Notes: generated by a model not told the origin, from the letters alone. DNA of 64,000 nucleotides from Neoconidiobolus thromboides FSU 785 (GCA_025603075.1 MU626268.1:144796-208795), one strand, 5' to 3'; shown: positions 14,799 to 28,860, counted from the first letter of the stretch. Translations and numbers: made by a program.

Positions 14799-14909
14799 GA
14801 GGATTTGTTTTTTGTTCAAGAATTTTACTAACAACCTTCCCATTCAAATAGCGCTTAAAAAGTGTGAAAAGTAATAAAGTATATAAAAATAAAAAAATAT
14901 TTTAACCTC
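14799..14909 (+). mobile_element. MITE copy, immediately upstream of the MPO1 pseudogene
   Basis: GAGGATTTG..aagaattttactaacaaccttcccattcaaatagcgcttaaaaagtgtgaaaagtaataaag; right end degenerate. Confidence 0.75.
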
Positions 14910-14914
14910 GAAAG

Positions 14915-15484
14915 GTAAAATCAAATAATAGTAAATTAGCTTATTTTGAGAAGCAATGTATATTTTATGGCTTAATTTATCATGGTAAACAGAACATATT
15001 AACTTATATCGTCTCTGTTCCCTCACCCTTTAGTCTAGCTATAGTTTATATCGAAAAATAGGGAATATGTTTCAAACTAGGGTATTTAATATTCAAATAG
15101 ATGTCAATTTGTTTTTACTAAGTATTCTTTTTTATATAGTATATTATCTAAAGTTAAGGTTTATTACCAAGTTATTTATCATCCCAACCCTAGTATTTTT
15201 TACTCCAGTGCAGGCCAGTTCAACAAAAGTTATCTAGTATTTTCTTTTAAATTAGAACTTTAACTATATCCGTAAAATTATATAGATCAATTTATTTTAC
15301 ATCATTACTTTGAGAAAAGATCACCAACCTTTATAGACAAGCTTTTCAATTATTTTCTGTAGCACCATTATTTATACCAAAAGTCATGCTTTACTTTGGT
15401 TATAATCCTTCTTATAAACATTATACCATGGATGAAGTTTCTAAAGAAATAATTGATTTTAAAAAGAGCAAGGACTACTATTAA
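14915..15484 (+). pseudogene. MPO1/DUF962-like pseudogene (third tandem copy)
   Basis: Alignable by eye to 16884-17465 along its length (ttattttgagaagcaat.., cattactttgagaaaagatcacca = HYFEKRSP, ggttataatccttcttataaa = GYNPSYK), and the 3' flank is also homologous. Start codon lost, with internal stops and frameshifts. Confidence 0.88.
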
Positions 15485-15638
15485 TTGTAAACAAATTTCC
15501 CCGAAGCTCCCGTTTTTGTTTTAATTACTGATGATAATGATATTGTTTAATAAGTTTAGTTCTTAAATAAAAAAATACGTCCCTATATGAAAAGTTAAAA
15601 AAACAGTTAAGAAATTAACTTCTTATTACATATATATC

Positions 15639-15734
15639 ACGATGTTTTTTTGTCTTCATTAATTTTTCCATTTTTAAGCCCTGTTTGAGTGGAAAGATTG
15701 CTACCAAAATTCTTAAATGAAAAGATACATCCTC
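15639..15734 (-). mobile_element. MITE copy
   Basis: ..tttgagtggaaagattgctaccaaaattcttaaatgaaaagATACATCCTC-atat. Confidence 0.75.
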
Positions 15735-16883
15735 ATATATATTCTAAGTAGTTTAAAACAACTATAAATTTAACTCCTTTGGAAAAAAATAGCCCTCTAT
15801 TTTTTAGCATTTATGCGCAATTATCTTTTTTGCAATAAGTTAATGAGAAAAAAGTTTAGCCCTAGCTATAAATTAATTTGTTACAGTAGTTTATTTTAAT
15901 GACATAATGGTGACTTTAAAGCCGTATAATTTATTGTCACTTTATTAGATCTTCTTTGGTTAATTATTCATGAACTATATATTTGATACTTAATGTTTAT
16001 TAACAGAGTTACTCAGAAAGTATAATAAATTATTTCAAATATTCTTAAAAGCCATTAACTTTTGGCACTCCATCAGTACTTATACTTTGCTTTATTTAGT
16101 TAAATGTATAATATAATATATAAACATCCTATGTGTGACAAACTTCAACATTTGGAAAATTATATCTTTATACTGTATATCTTAGTTCAAATAAAAAAAT
16201 GGCTATATGTATATAACTTAAATAACTATAATAATTAAAAGTTACACAATTTTTGTATAATAAATTATGTTTTATGTAAGGCACTGTTTGGTATTTAGAT
16301 CCTAATATCGTTATAACGTATACTTTTTCAAGTATTAAGTTATATCAAATGTTTTTTTGAACCTTCCAGCAAAAGTTTGAGATTTTCTTAGGCGGTAGAG
16401 AATAGAAATAATACGACAAGGTGGGAGAATAAAGTGATGATCCATAAACAAATCCTTTAAATAAAGTCTACAGCAAAGGATGGTTGAAGAATGTTATATA
16501 AAAAATTATCGTAAGGTTTTATTTGGTCATTCTTAGATCTCCTTTTTTCTAAAATATCAAATTAAAAGCATTAATTTTATTAATAACATTTTTGTGACTA
16601 TATAGCTTATAATACTTACCCCTATTTGGTTTTCAAGATGTAAACATAAGAATATACTTTTAACATATTAGGTAAAATATGTAATTTTAATAATTGGTTA
16701 TACAGCGTTTATAATATTTATCACCATACTAATAACATGAAATGATTAACTCATATTGTAACTAATTTCAAAGGATAAAGAACTACTTATAGACTTTGAT
16801 TCTGAAACAAAGTCTAAGGGTGAATAAAGCGCATACTTCTGAAAACATATAAATATGTAAATTTTTATTTTAAATTTTAGAAA

Positions 16884-17465
16884 ATGAAACCAAATAATAA
16901 ACTGACTTATTTTGAAAAGCAATACATATTTTATGGCTCATTTCATCATGATAAATGGAATATACTGACCCATGTCATCTTTGTGCCACTGATTCTTTGG
17001 ACTAGCTTAGGTTTGTTTGAGAAAATTGGAAATATATATGAAACTAAAATATTTAATACCCAAATAGACATCAATTTGTCTTTACTAACAGCTCTTTTTT
17101 ATATTGCTTACTATTTAAAACTAGAATTTGTTGCAGGGTTACTCATTACACCAATCTTGCTATTTTTTAATTGGAGTGCAGTCCAGTTCAATAGAAACTA
17201 TCCTGTACTTTCACTTAAAGTAGAAATCGGGCTATTTATTGTTAGTTGGGTAGCCCAATTCGCTTCACATTATTACTTTGAAAAAAGGGCACCAGCCCTT
17301 TTAGATGGTCTTTTTCAAGCACTATCTTTGGCTCCACTATTTGTGTTTTTAGAAATTTTATTTTACCTAGGCTATAACCCTTCTTACAAAGACTATACGA
17401 TGGACATAATTTCTAAAGAGGTATTTGAGTATAAACAAGAAAAGGCTGCTATTTATTCTAAATAA
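16884..17465 (+). CDS. MPO1: MPO1/DUF962 family membrane protein (2-hydroxy fatty acid dioxygenase-like)
   Basis: YGSFHHDKWNILTHVIFVPLI, WVAQFASHYYFEKRAPALLD, APLFVFLE, LGYNP; intronless, 193 aa. Confidence 0.9.
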   Translation: MKPNNKLTYFEKQYIFYGSFHHDKWNILTHVIFVPLILWTSLGLFEKIGNIYETKIFNTQIDINLSLLTALFYIAYYLKLEFVAGLLITPILLFFNWSAVQFNRNYPVLSLKVEIGLFIVSWVAQFASHYYFEKRAPALLDGLFQALSLAPLFVFLEILFYLGYNPSYKDYTMDIISKEVFEYKQEKAAIYSK

Positions 17466-18021
17466 AATCCCCCAAGCTTCAACTTTTGAATTAGTAATGA
17501 TATTCATTGTTTAATTTAATTTAATTCACATGTGAGGTAATTTCATCTTTATTTTAAATTAACAATTTTAACTAGAAATTTTTAAATATTTTGTGTTGTT
17601 ATATGATATGGTTCACTTCTATTTCATACTTACATATTAATACATCTTGATTATACAATTATCTATAATTCTATTGATCTTAATAATATATGCTCATAGA
17701 ATGATTAAGTAATGTGAGTAAATCTTATTTAAATCAGAAACGAATTAATAAAAATGGAAAAGAATGTGACATAATATAAACGATATAATAATCTATTCTC
17801 TATAATATTATTGCAATTTAGATTCCACTCATTTTTTTAGTCATAGCGCTAGTTATGGTATGTATTACTATAGTGTAAATATATTAAATCCCAATATCAA
17901 AATATAAGCCATCATAAAATCATACTCTAAAAAAGGAAAGCAGCTACAATTCATCAACTTAGAAAATTATAAATAGATAAAAAAATCAATTTAATCTTTA
18001 TTTTCTTCAAAATATAATATC

Positions 18022-18612
18022 ATGTTAAAAAAGTATTCCAAAGATCAACTCTCTTATTTCGAAAAACAGTTAGTTTTTTATGGTGCATATCACAATACAC
18101 CTGGTAATGTAGTCATACATTGTATCTTTGTGCCTTTGATTGCTTGGACAACATTAGGTTTATTGTCTCAAGTAGGTGATGTATTTAGTATCCACCTATT
18201 TAATCAAGTATATAATATTGATCTATCAATGTTATTAACTTTAACTTATGTGACTTACTATATCAAGTCAGAATTTACTGCTGGGGTATTAATTACGCCA
18301 ATTTTAGTATTCGTGAACTGGAGTGTTATAAAATATAACCAAGCGAATCCTAAATCTAGTCTAAGTTTTGAGCTTTTATTGTTTATTATTAGTTGGTTAG
18401 CTCAATTTGCTTCTCACTTTTTTATTGAAAAGAGATCACCAGCATTAATAGACGGTTTCTTCCAAGCCGTATCTTTAGCCCCATTATTTGTCTTCTTGGA
18501 AATATTATTTCAATTAGGTTACAATCCTTCATATAAACCTAAGGTTATGTCTTTAATTTCATTAGAGATCGGGAGTTTTAAAGCAGAGCAAATAAAAAGC
18601 AATAAACAATAA
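18022..18612 (+). CDS. MPO1: MPO1/DUF962 family membrane protein, tandem paralog
   Basis: YGAYHNTPGNVVIHCIFVPLI, WLAQFASHFFIEKRSPALID, APLFVFLE; 196 aa. Confidence 0.9.
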   Translation: MLKKYSKDQLSYFEKQLVFYGAYHNTPGNVVIHCIFVPLIAWTTLGLLSQVGDVFSIHLFNQVYNIDLSMLLTLTYVTYYIKSEFTAGVLITPILVFVNWSVIKYNQANPKSSLSFELLLFIISWLAQFASHFFIEKRSPALIDGFFQAVSLAPLFVFLEILFQLGYNPSYKPKVMSLISLEIGSFKAEQIKSNKQ

Positions 18613-19136
18613 AATATGTCTTTAAAGGTATAATATTTAATATTCAATATTGAATTTTATTTTTACAATAAAATTTTGTCTTCGGAATAATCCACCCGCT
18701 CTTATAAGGATCTTATTTATTTTTAATAATATATTTGTGATATTTTCGTAAATTTAACTTTACTCGAAATTAAAAGAGTATAGTTGGATTTCCCACCTAT
18801 TAGTGAAAATTTTCCATAAAAAATTATTTTTCGCATCAGTAGTTTTTCAACTAGTTGTATGCTTGAGATAATCTTAGATTGATTGGATATCTGAGGTCCC
18901 CTTTTAATTATTAGATGACGTTTAATTTCACCTACAGATGTTAAAGTTCAATTATGCTCTATCTAGCGTTTACCTTATAATTAACATTTCTATTTAAGTA
19001 TATCCTTTAGAGATTGATATTTAACTTTATATTAAAATGAACCACTAGAAACTGCACAATTAAACTTAAAAATTGTATTAGGTACAAATTAAAGACAAAG
19101 CAATTGAAATGAATTAGTAATTAAGTTCAATTCCAA

Positions 19137-20043
19137 ATGTCAGAAGAAATTGCTAAAAATAAAGAGATTGAAGAAAAGGCAACATTGACTCACCCAAAAG
19201 TTACTTCTTTAAAACAAGTACGATCCAGTGCTAGTTTAAGTGAAAAATTACCTGGAGAGGAAGATAATATCAATAATCCAGAAGAGCATCAGACTGAAAT
19301 TCAACATTTTAAAGATGAGATTAAAGCAGGAGTGAATTCAATTTCTAATTTTTGGGACGAATTTAAAGATTATTTGGAAGATGCTGAAATTTTTGATTCC
19401 TCAGTTATTATGGTGACTGGGCAAGCTTTTACTGAAATTGCTAATTCCTTTGTGCAAGATATTATTGTCCCCCTTTTTACTACTCTAATTGGTAATGTTA
19501 ATTTTCAATTCATTATCAATCTAATTTTTTTATAGGTAGACCAAATGCAACTAACTATTTTGTGGTATTAAAGAAGGGCAAGTCTTTTAACACCAACTAT
19601 CGCAGTGCAAAGCAAGCTATTGCCGATGGGGCCCATATATTTCATTATGGGAAATTTATTCAAGTAAAAAATATGCAAGTAATTATCTATTAGTTTTAAA
19701 GTTTCTTTATAGAAAATAGTCAACTTTGTATTCCTGGGTATAACTTTAATAGGCTTTGTTAGAGGTAAATATATGTTTCGATAATATCAAGTATTTTTAA
19801 GTTTTAGTATTTCGTACTATATTGTTTTTCCGTCGACTCCGAAAACTTAAGGAGGAAGAAAGTACTAAGAAATTGAAACAAAGAGAATGCCCTTTTTGTT
19901 TCTCAACTATTAATTCTAAAGCTTCTCGCTGTCCTAATTGTACTTCTGCTTTGCCAACTTCTTCACTTTCTAGGAACATATCTCCAACTTTGAAGCCTGC
20001 ATTGATGCCACCTATGTCTGATGATCCAACCTTATTGAATTAA
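19137..20043 (+). CDS. mscL: Large-conductance mechanosensitive channel (MscL) homolog, 4 exons
   Basis: Introns 19492-19535, 19664-19712, 19765-19807. Spliced protein: FWDEFKDYL..GQAFTEIANSFVQDIIVP..YRSAKQAIADGAHIFHYGKFIQKIVNFVFLG..RECPFCFSTINSKASRCPNCTSAL. Confidence 0.85.
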
Positions 20044-20183
20044 TACTCATAAAAGCGTGCTATTTATTCCTATCAAAAACAATTCATATTGATTATAATG
20101 AATTAAATAAATAACTATGTATAAATCACTAGGATATTTTATAAAATACTACAAAAATTTTATTTTGAAATTTTAAATTTAAA

Positions 20184-21752
<1,569 letters not shown>

Positions 21753-22200
21753 TGTGAAGTTCTAATAGTAAAATATATTGAGTCATCTCTTTTACACTCA
21801 AATTTATAAAGGCTGACTTTGCATTTTAATTGGTTGGAATTATCCTTTTGATCGTTAACCATTTTTGAATTAACCCTATTAGCTTTTTAATTCATGTCAC
21901 TTTTTAGACCAGTAATATTCTTTTACCATTGTAAATAGGCTATTTTATTGGATATAATTTAGTCTAAAAGAACCATTTGAAATTTTATCATTTTTGATCA
22001 GATAAAAATTTTCACATTCCACCAATTAATTATCAGGAAATACTTGCATTCATTTGTTTTAGCAAACCATAGATCATTTAGTTATTATTGGCTAAAAATA
22101 TCACCAAACACAGTTTTCAGTTTATTGGTCGCGTTTTAAATGAATACAGAATATTTTAAAAAAAATTATAAACTGTTTAAACTCCCAGCCGAGCTTAATA

Positions 22201-22299
22201 TAGATATGTTTCTTTCGCCCAAGGATTCTACTGGCAGTCTTTCCACTCAATAGTACTTATACGGTAAAAATAAAATAAAGTAAAATAAAAGACATCTCC
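22201..22299 (+). mobile_element. Degraded MITE copy, directly abutting the next copy
   Basis: ..aaggattctactggcagtctttccactcaatagtactta..aaaagACATCTCC-atat. Confidence 0.6.
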
Positions 22300-22303
22300 A
22301 TAT

Positions 22304-22400
22304 GGGAATGTTTTTTTTGACTTCACTTTTTCTCTATTTTTAAGTACTATCTGAGTGGAAAATTTATTAGTAAAATTCTTGAACACAAAAATAGATCCTC
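22304..22400 (-). mobile_element. MITE copy
   Basis: atat-GGGAATGTTTTT..ctgagtggaaaatttattagtaaaattcttgaacacaaaaATAGATCCTC-atat. Confidence 0.8.
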
Positions 22401-22635
22401 ATATTTAATTTTTTGTAATAACTTAGTAAATTAAAAAATATCAATATAGGTTTGAGCTTGGAATTTACTGTGAGGATGATAATCATTTGCCTAGTTACTA
22501 TAGATATAGGAAAGTAGTTTACATCCTCATAATATTTTCCAAGCTCAAATCTAAGCCATATAAGATATTATTTTTGCTTGATATCACTCAGTTGCTAAAT
22601 AAAGGATTACATTTTAAACTACTGAATTACTATAT

Positions 22636-22727
22636 GAGAGTGTTTTTTTTGACCACTTTTTCTATTTTTTAAACACTATTTGAGTGGAAAGATTGTTAGT
22701 AAAATTTTTAAACAAAAACACATCCCC
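22636..22727 (-). mobile_element. MITE copy
   Basis: atat-GAGAGTGTTTT..ttgagtggaaagattgttagtaaaatt..ACATCCCC-atat. Confidence 0.82.
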
Positions 22728-23126
22728 ATATGTTGAAAGGTAATATTTAAATTAATTATATAACAATATAGTTAACTAATAAATACAAATTTGTAAAGAA
22801 AAGGCTTTAGAGTTAATTTATAAGACTAATAAGTATAAACAAATCGACATAAATAATAAATTAATAGCTAATAATTAAAATTAAATGAATTAACAAAATT
22901 GTTACTTTTATTTGTATATTAAATCTACGCTATTTACAGTTATTAATTTTATTATTTTATCATTTTTATTATATCTTTATAAATAACTAACTAAGAATTA
23001 TCATGATAAAATGTTTTTGTATAAAATAGCTATTCACTAAAGTTCTTATTTCCATTTATTTAGCTATTATTAATAAAAATAAAACAACTAAATTTTATAT
23101 AAATTTTAGTCTTATATTCAATATAT

Positions 23127-23215
23127 GAGGATATATTTGTGTTTAAGAATTTTATTAAGAATTTTTCCACTCAAATAGTGCTTAATGGAAAGTAATAAAG
23201 CCAAAAAAATACCCC
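23127..23215 (+). mobile_element. MITE copy
   Basis: atat-GAGGATAT..tttccactcaaatagtgcttaatggaaagtaataaagcc..ATACCCC-tata. Confidence 0.8.
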
Positions 23216-24670
23216 TATATTGTTTTATTTATGCAGTTTAAAAATAAATAGAAGTTCCTTAGAGTTTTTTATAAATAACCTTAGTTTTCTGATTTAAAAA
23301 ATAAGAAAGCTATTGACTATAAGAGCAAATATTATATGCTAAAATATTTATATTACACTTTCAAACTTATTAAATTGTAATTATAGGTTGATTGATTATA
23401 TAAAACAGTTTTGTTGATTAATTTAATATAATTATAAAATGGAATTTATACAAGCCGAAATAAAATTTACAAACCCATTTTTTTATACATATGTTCTTAT
23501 TAAAAGAAACAAAAATATTCATTCAAAATAACTACTTATAATAGTAACTAGATTAATGCAAACTTACTGTTTACAATTTATACCATTCTACGCTTTATTA
23601 ATCAATAGTGCTTCAATAATTAATTTTTTGAACTAATTTTATTCTCTTTTTGATGAATAATCCTTCATTTTTTGATAAGAACTTAACTGAAAATTCTTAT
23701 TAAAAAGTTAAATTCTTATGTGGTATGATAGTGAATTACTCACTATTCTTCAAGATAAAATTGAATCAAATCAATTACCTGTTAAATCAAAAGAAGTGGT
23801 ATATTTGCATTAATAATATACAATATACATTATTAATACAAATTAAGAGTTCATTCAATAACTTTATTCAATAAGTTCAATTTATCTTTAGTATATATAA
23901 ATTTTATTTCATCTAAAAATTACTCACTTTTTAATATCTCTATCTAGTATTTAACTACAACATACATTTATCAATAATCATATGAATGAAAAGTATTATT
24001 AAAATCCTCGTTTCCTCAAGCACAGTATAATTAACCGTATTATTAGGCTAGAATAACATGACAGTGATTGAATGTGTGTTTTGTCAAAAGTAATATACTA
24101 GACCAAATGGATAGTTGAATTATTTCATACCATAGAAGTTATTTATTTATTTGATTGTGGCTATTCTATTGTATTTTAAAATACGTTTTTTTAATAAAAC
24201 TAATTTAAAGCGATAATTAACCTATCATACTATTAATTTATTATGACTTGTAATACTACAATAAACAATCTAGTAGAAACAATAAAACTAATTCAAATAA
24301 TATAATTACTTTAGGTTAAAATTGTATATAAATAAATATTATATAATCTAGATTATCCGATGCCTAATATTTTATTAAAATTAAAACTCAAAATCAAAAC
24401 CACTAAGAATTCTATTATATTATTTATTAATATATTAAGATTAGGCTTAAATTTAATTTATTATACAATTATTTTATGGTTTTAAGACAAATAGCCTATG
24501 CCAAATTAAGTAAATATTTTTATCCAATGAATCAATATGAGTCTATAAAAGCAAAATATTTAACAATCAAATCAAATCAAATTCAAAACCAATCGAAATA
24601 ATTAGATAAATCAACTCTCAACTTTTAGACAATTACTCTTTTAATTTAACTTAAATTTTATATTGAAATA

Positions 24671-26209
24671 ATGAGCGAACATACTATCAATACTACTCAA
24701 GAAAACCTTCATGTCAATGGAAAATGTGCTCCATGGACTCCTTATTCTTGGAAATCAAAGCCAATTAAACAACATGTTGAATATGAGGATCAAGCTGCAT
24801 TTGAAAAAGCAAAAGCTAAATTAATTCAACTTCCACCTTTAGTTACTGTTGATGAAGTAATCTATTAACACAAAGATTAATGAAATTTTTTAAACTCTTT
24901 AATTAGGTTAAGAAATTGAAAGTACACCTTAGAAATGTTGCTCTTGGGAAAGCTTTCCTTTTACAAGGTGGTGACTGTGCTGAACTTTTTGATTATTGTA
25001 CTAAAGTATTATTTGATTTATAATATTATTTAGATATGTATTAACTGTTTATAGGATCCTATTGAAAATAAACTTAAAGTTCTCATTCAAATGAGTTTAA
25101 CTCTTATTTATGGTGCAAGATTACCAGTGGTTAGAGTAGCAAGAATGGCAGGACAATATGCTAAGCCACGTTCTAGTCCAACTGAAAAAGTGGATGGTGT
25201 TGAATACCCAAGTTTCCGAGGAGATAATATTAATGGTTTTTCAGTTGATGAAAGAAAACCAGATCCAGAACGTTTAGTTGATGCTTATTTTCATTCTAGT
25301 GCTACCCTTAATTATGTACGTTCTTTATTAGCTTCTGGCTTTGCTAATCTTACTCGATTTGATAAATGGGATCTTTCTCATGTTAAATGCTCCTCTGCTC
25401 GTAAAGAATTTCAAGATATTGTGGATCAAATTTTAAATACTATGGATTTTATGGAAGTTATTGGCGCTGTCAACAGAGAACATGAACTTCCACCAGCATT
25501 CAATACCATTGATATGTTTATGTCTCATGAAGGTTTAGTTCTTGATTATGAAGCTGCTCTTACTCGCCCACATGTTGAAAAACATAGTGGAGAAACACGA
25601 TATTATAATTTAAGTACCCATTACGTTTGGGTTGGTGATCGTACTCGTCAACCGGATGGTGCTCATATTGAATATCTTTCTGGTATTGAAAATCCAATTG
25701 GTATTAAAGTCGGTCCAACTACTGATCCAGATACCCTTATTGAACTCCTTGATAAACTTAACCCACATAAGGAAATTGGTAAAATTACCTTAATTACTCG
25801 ATTTGGTGCCGACAAAGTTCACAATCATTTATCTAAATTCATCAAAGCAGTTCAAAAAACAGATCATATTGTTGTCTGGGTTTGTGATCCAATGCATGGA
25901 AATACAGAAACTAGTACTTGTGGTGTCAAGACTCGTCACTTCAATAATATTATGTCTGAAGTTGCCTCTTGTATCCGTATTCATGCTGAAAACCAATCAA
26001 AATTAAATGGGGTTCATTTCGAACTCACTGGAGAAACTGTAACTGAATGTTTAGGTGGTGGTATGGAATTAGATCATCATAATCTTAATGAAAACTATCA
26101 AACTTATTGTGACCCTCGTCTTAATTATGAACAATCTTTAGATATGGCTTTCCTCATTGCTCGCTGCTTTGAAAAGGAGAGATCTGGTCTTAAGAAATGT
26201 TGCCCTTAA
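24671..26209 (+). CDS. Class II DAHP synthase (phospho-2-dehydro-3-deoxyheptonate aldolase), 3 exons
   Basis: Introns 24857-24906 and 25006-25054. Motifs AFLLQGGDCAE, RMAGQYAKPRS, WVGDRTRQPDGAH, NPIGIKVGP, CDPMHGNT, GVHFELTGETVTEC, CDPRLN. Confidence 0.95.
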
Positions 26210-26444
26210 ATTTAGGACCAATCCTTCTATCCCTTTATTATTCAACGTTTCTATTCCCCCTTTACTATAGCCAACTCTCTTATTATCTAAAATAAAGTGA
26301 ATCATTGTCCTTTCAATTTGATTTTTTGAAATTTGAAATTTCGAATTTTTTTGTTAGTTTAAGAATTAGTTATAAAAAGATGACTCAGAATTAAAAATAT
26401 AAATTCAATTAAGGGGATAATTTTATTAATTAAAGATAATCAAA

Positions 26445-27680
26445 CTAAACAATAGGATTGAATCTTAACATTGTATTAAATTCAGTTCTTAATTGAACAG
26501 CTTCAGCTAAATTTTCCACAAACATACCATCAGCGCCCATTTTAAAAAAGTAATAAAATTCATCTCTGGTATCACCTTTAAAGCAAGTGGATTTACAACC
26601 AAAATTAGCAGGTTCTCTAGAATCATAAAAAGTATATGGTACTACTTTAAGATTTCTTTGATGACATTCTTTAATAAGATCTTTGGCTTTAATAAACCCA
26701 CCTAAACTTTCAACTTCTTTTGGATCATATGTTACATTACGTGCTTGAAATTCATCCGCAATTTCATTTAAATGAAAATCTTTACGTGTGGAAAACCAAG
26801 TGGCATATCGAGCTACAATATCTAACCCTTTAGGTGTATAAAACCAAGCATATTTATCTACGAGAGCAACATGTTCGACTTTAGATGGATGGGTAAATTT
26901 GGTGAGATATTTCAAACTTTCGAAATCAAAGTTTTGTAAAACTACTTTACCACAAGGAACTTTAACTTCTTTTTTAGGAGAACATTTGTCTTGAATATCT
27001 TTGGAAATTTTAGCTTGACAGTTTTCAACATCCCCTTCTTTAAGTGGGTACCCATTTTTTCTAAGTATTTCTAATACTTTATCTTCAAAATATCTTGGAT
27101 TTTCAGGTCGAAGTGAAGAATGAAGCGCTGCATGTTTAATTTCAGGTACGATTTTAATCGGCTTTTTAAAAAGATATGATAAATGATGAGCATTATCAAT
27201 AAATTGTTGAAATGATGGGATCTTAAAAATTTGATTATAAAATTGGGGTCGAGTACCAACAACTGCTTGTTTGACTCGAACTTTACTTAATTCTTTAAAG
27301 GTGAAATCCGAAATAAAATAAACATCTTTTAAAGTAACAGCAGTATTATCAATAACTCCAGTGAAGTTACGCTTAAGATGATCAAATTCAGGTAATTCTT
27401 TAACGTTAGTACCTTCTTCAATATGTAAATCATGATAACATACTGGTACCCCATCTTTTGTTAAAACTAAATCTGGTTCTAAATAATCCATACCATCCAT
27501 AACTGCATTCCAATAGCCTCCAATGGTATGTTGGGGTAAATGAGGCTTCACGCCTCGATGAGAGAAAAGTTCAGTTGGTTTTCCAGAGAGAGTAGGCCAT
27601 TTTACACCCGAAATATCTTCAATATGAGCGGAAACAAGGTTCAATGTGATAATACCAAAGAAATTAATAAAAGACTTCAT
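26445..27680 (-). CDS. Secreted glycerophosphodiester phosphodiesterase (GDPD/GlpQ-like), intronless
   Basis: Signal-peptide-like N-terminus, SHRG..PQHT..DYLEPDLVLTKDGVPVCYHD, VPEIK, GADGMFVE. Confidence 0.88.
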   Translation of the reverse strand: MKSFINFFGIITLNLVSAHIEDISGVKWPTLSGKPTELFSHRGVKPHLPQHTIGGYWNAVMDGMDYLEPDLVLTKDGVPVCYHDLHIEEGTNVKELPEFDHLKRNFTGVIDNTAVTLKDVYFISDFTFKELSKVRVKQAVVGTRPQFYNQIFKIPSFQQFIDNAHHLSYLFKKPIKIVPEIKHAALHSSLRPENPRYFEDKVLEILRKNGYPLKEGDVENCQAKISKDIQDKCSPKKEVKVPCGKVVLQNFDFESLKYLTKFTHPSKVEHVALVDKYAWFYTPKGLDIVARYATWFSTRKDFHLNEIADEFQARNVTYDPKEVESLGGFIKAKDLIKECHQRNLKVVPYTFYDSREPANFGCKSTCFKGDTRDEFYYFFKMGADGMFVENLAEAVQLRTEFNTMLRFNPIV

Positions 27681-28860
27681 TTTTTTAATATTGTCAAGTT
27701 GATTAAGCTAGGTTGAACGATCAAATTGAAATTGTAAACTATTTATACATTTTTAAAAAAAAAGATTAATTGCACAACATAGAAATATTTATTACTGTGA
27801 TAATATTTTTGTTTTAATATTAATTTTGTACCTATTGTTTTATCATGCTCACCATCCGATTTACCAATCATATTTTAAGATGAATAATACAATTATGGGT
27901 CATAATTCTTAGTTATAAAATCTTGGGGTATTTTGAATGTTTATCGAAGTTAAGATTGGCATTTTTAATTAGAAAATCCTAAAGGTTGAAGACTGCAATG
28001 GTTGAAGTAATTATTGAAGTTTTGATATCAATTTTTAAATAAAATAAGTCTTAATTCTTAATATTTTTAACCAAATAAATAATTTACCATTGTAATCAAT
28101 AACTTTTACTTTTTTTTAAATCTTAAGATACAAGAACAATTTAAATTAACCATATAGTTAACTAAAGCTAATAACAAACTAGTAAAATTCTTAAAAAAAG
28201 AATAAATTATACTTCTATATAAAAAGAACATTATAAAGTTTTAAGTAATACAAACGGACTTTATTAGCTAATACAAAGTTGGAAAGTCCGAAGTTTTTAA
28301 AAGAGAGGTGGAAAAGTACTTGATACTTAATAGATAATAAATAGTGTAAAAGTCAATGAAATATTGAGGATTGTGTCTGTAAAAGGAAAGGAACAAAATT
28401 AAAAAAAGGTTCAATTAATTTATTTGATATATAACATTATATTTAGTATTTTAAATATTTCAAAAAAAAAAGGACATTAAAAGTAACAAAAAGATATTAA
28501 ATAAAGGATTATTCTATAGTAATTTAAATATTACTATTATTTAGGGTAATCTGGTTTGTGAAAATGATAACTATTAAATCATCTGAAGTTGAGATTGTAT
28601 TTTATTTTTTTAAATTATAAAGAGTACAAATATTGTTTTAGTTTTACGCTAATTGAATATTAATTGAGCTAAAAATAGATGAATAAATAAAATTAAATAA
28701 TTTGGATAGTTAATATAGAAGTTTAATAATATTGTGAATTGATTTATAGCAACATTCTAATTTTCTAAATTGAAAGTTTCGATAATTAGTATAGTTGATA
28801 ATCATTATCAAAAACAAAGTTTAGAATAGTTGAAAATTCAACTATCCGATATTATAATAT

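Noticed and set aside
16435-16500. GTGATGA C-box-like motif in intergenic DNA
   Set aside because: No downstream CTGA D box and no rRNA-complementary guide.
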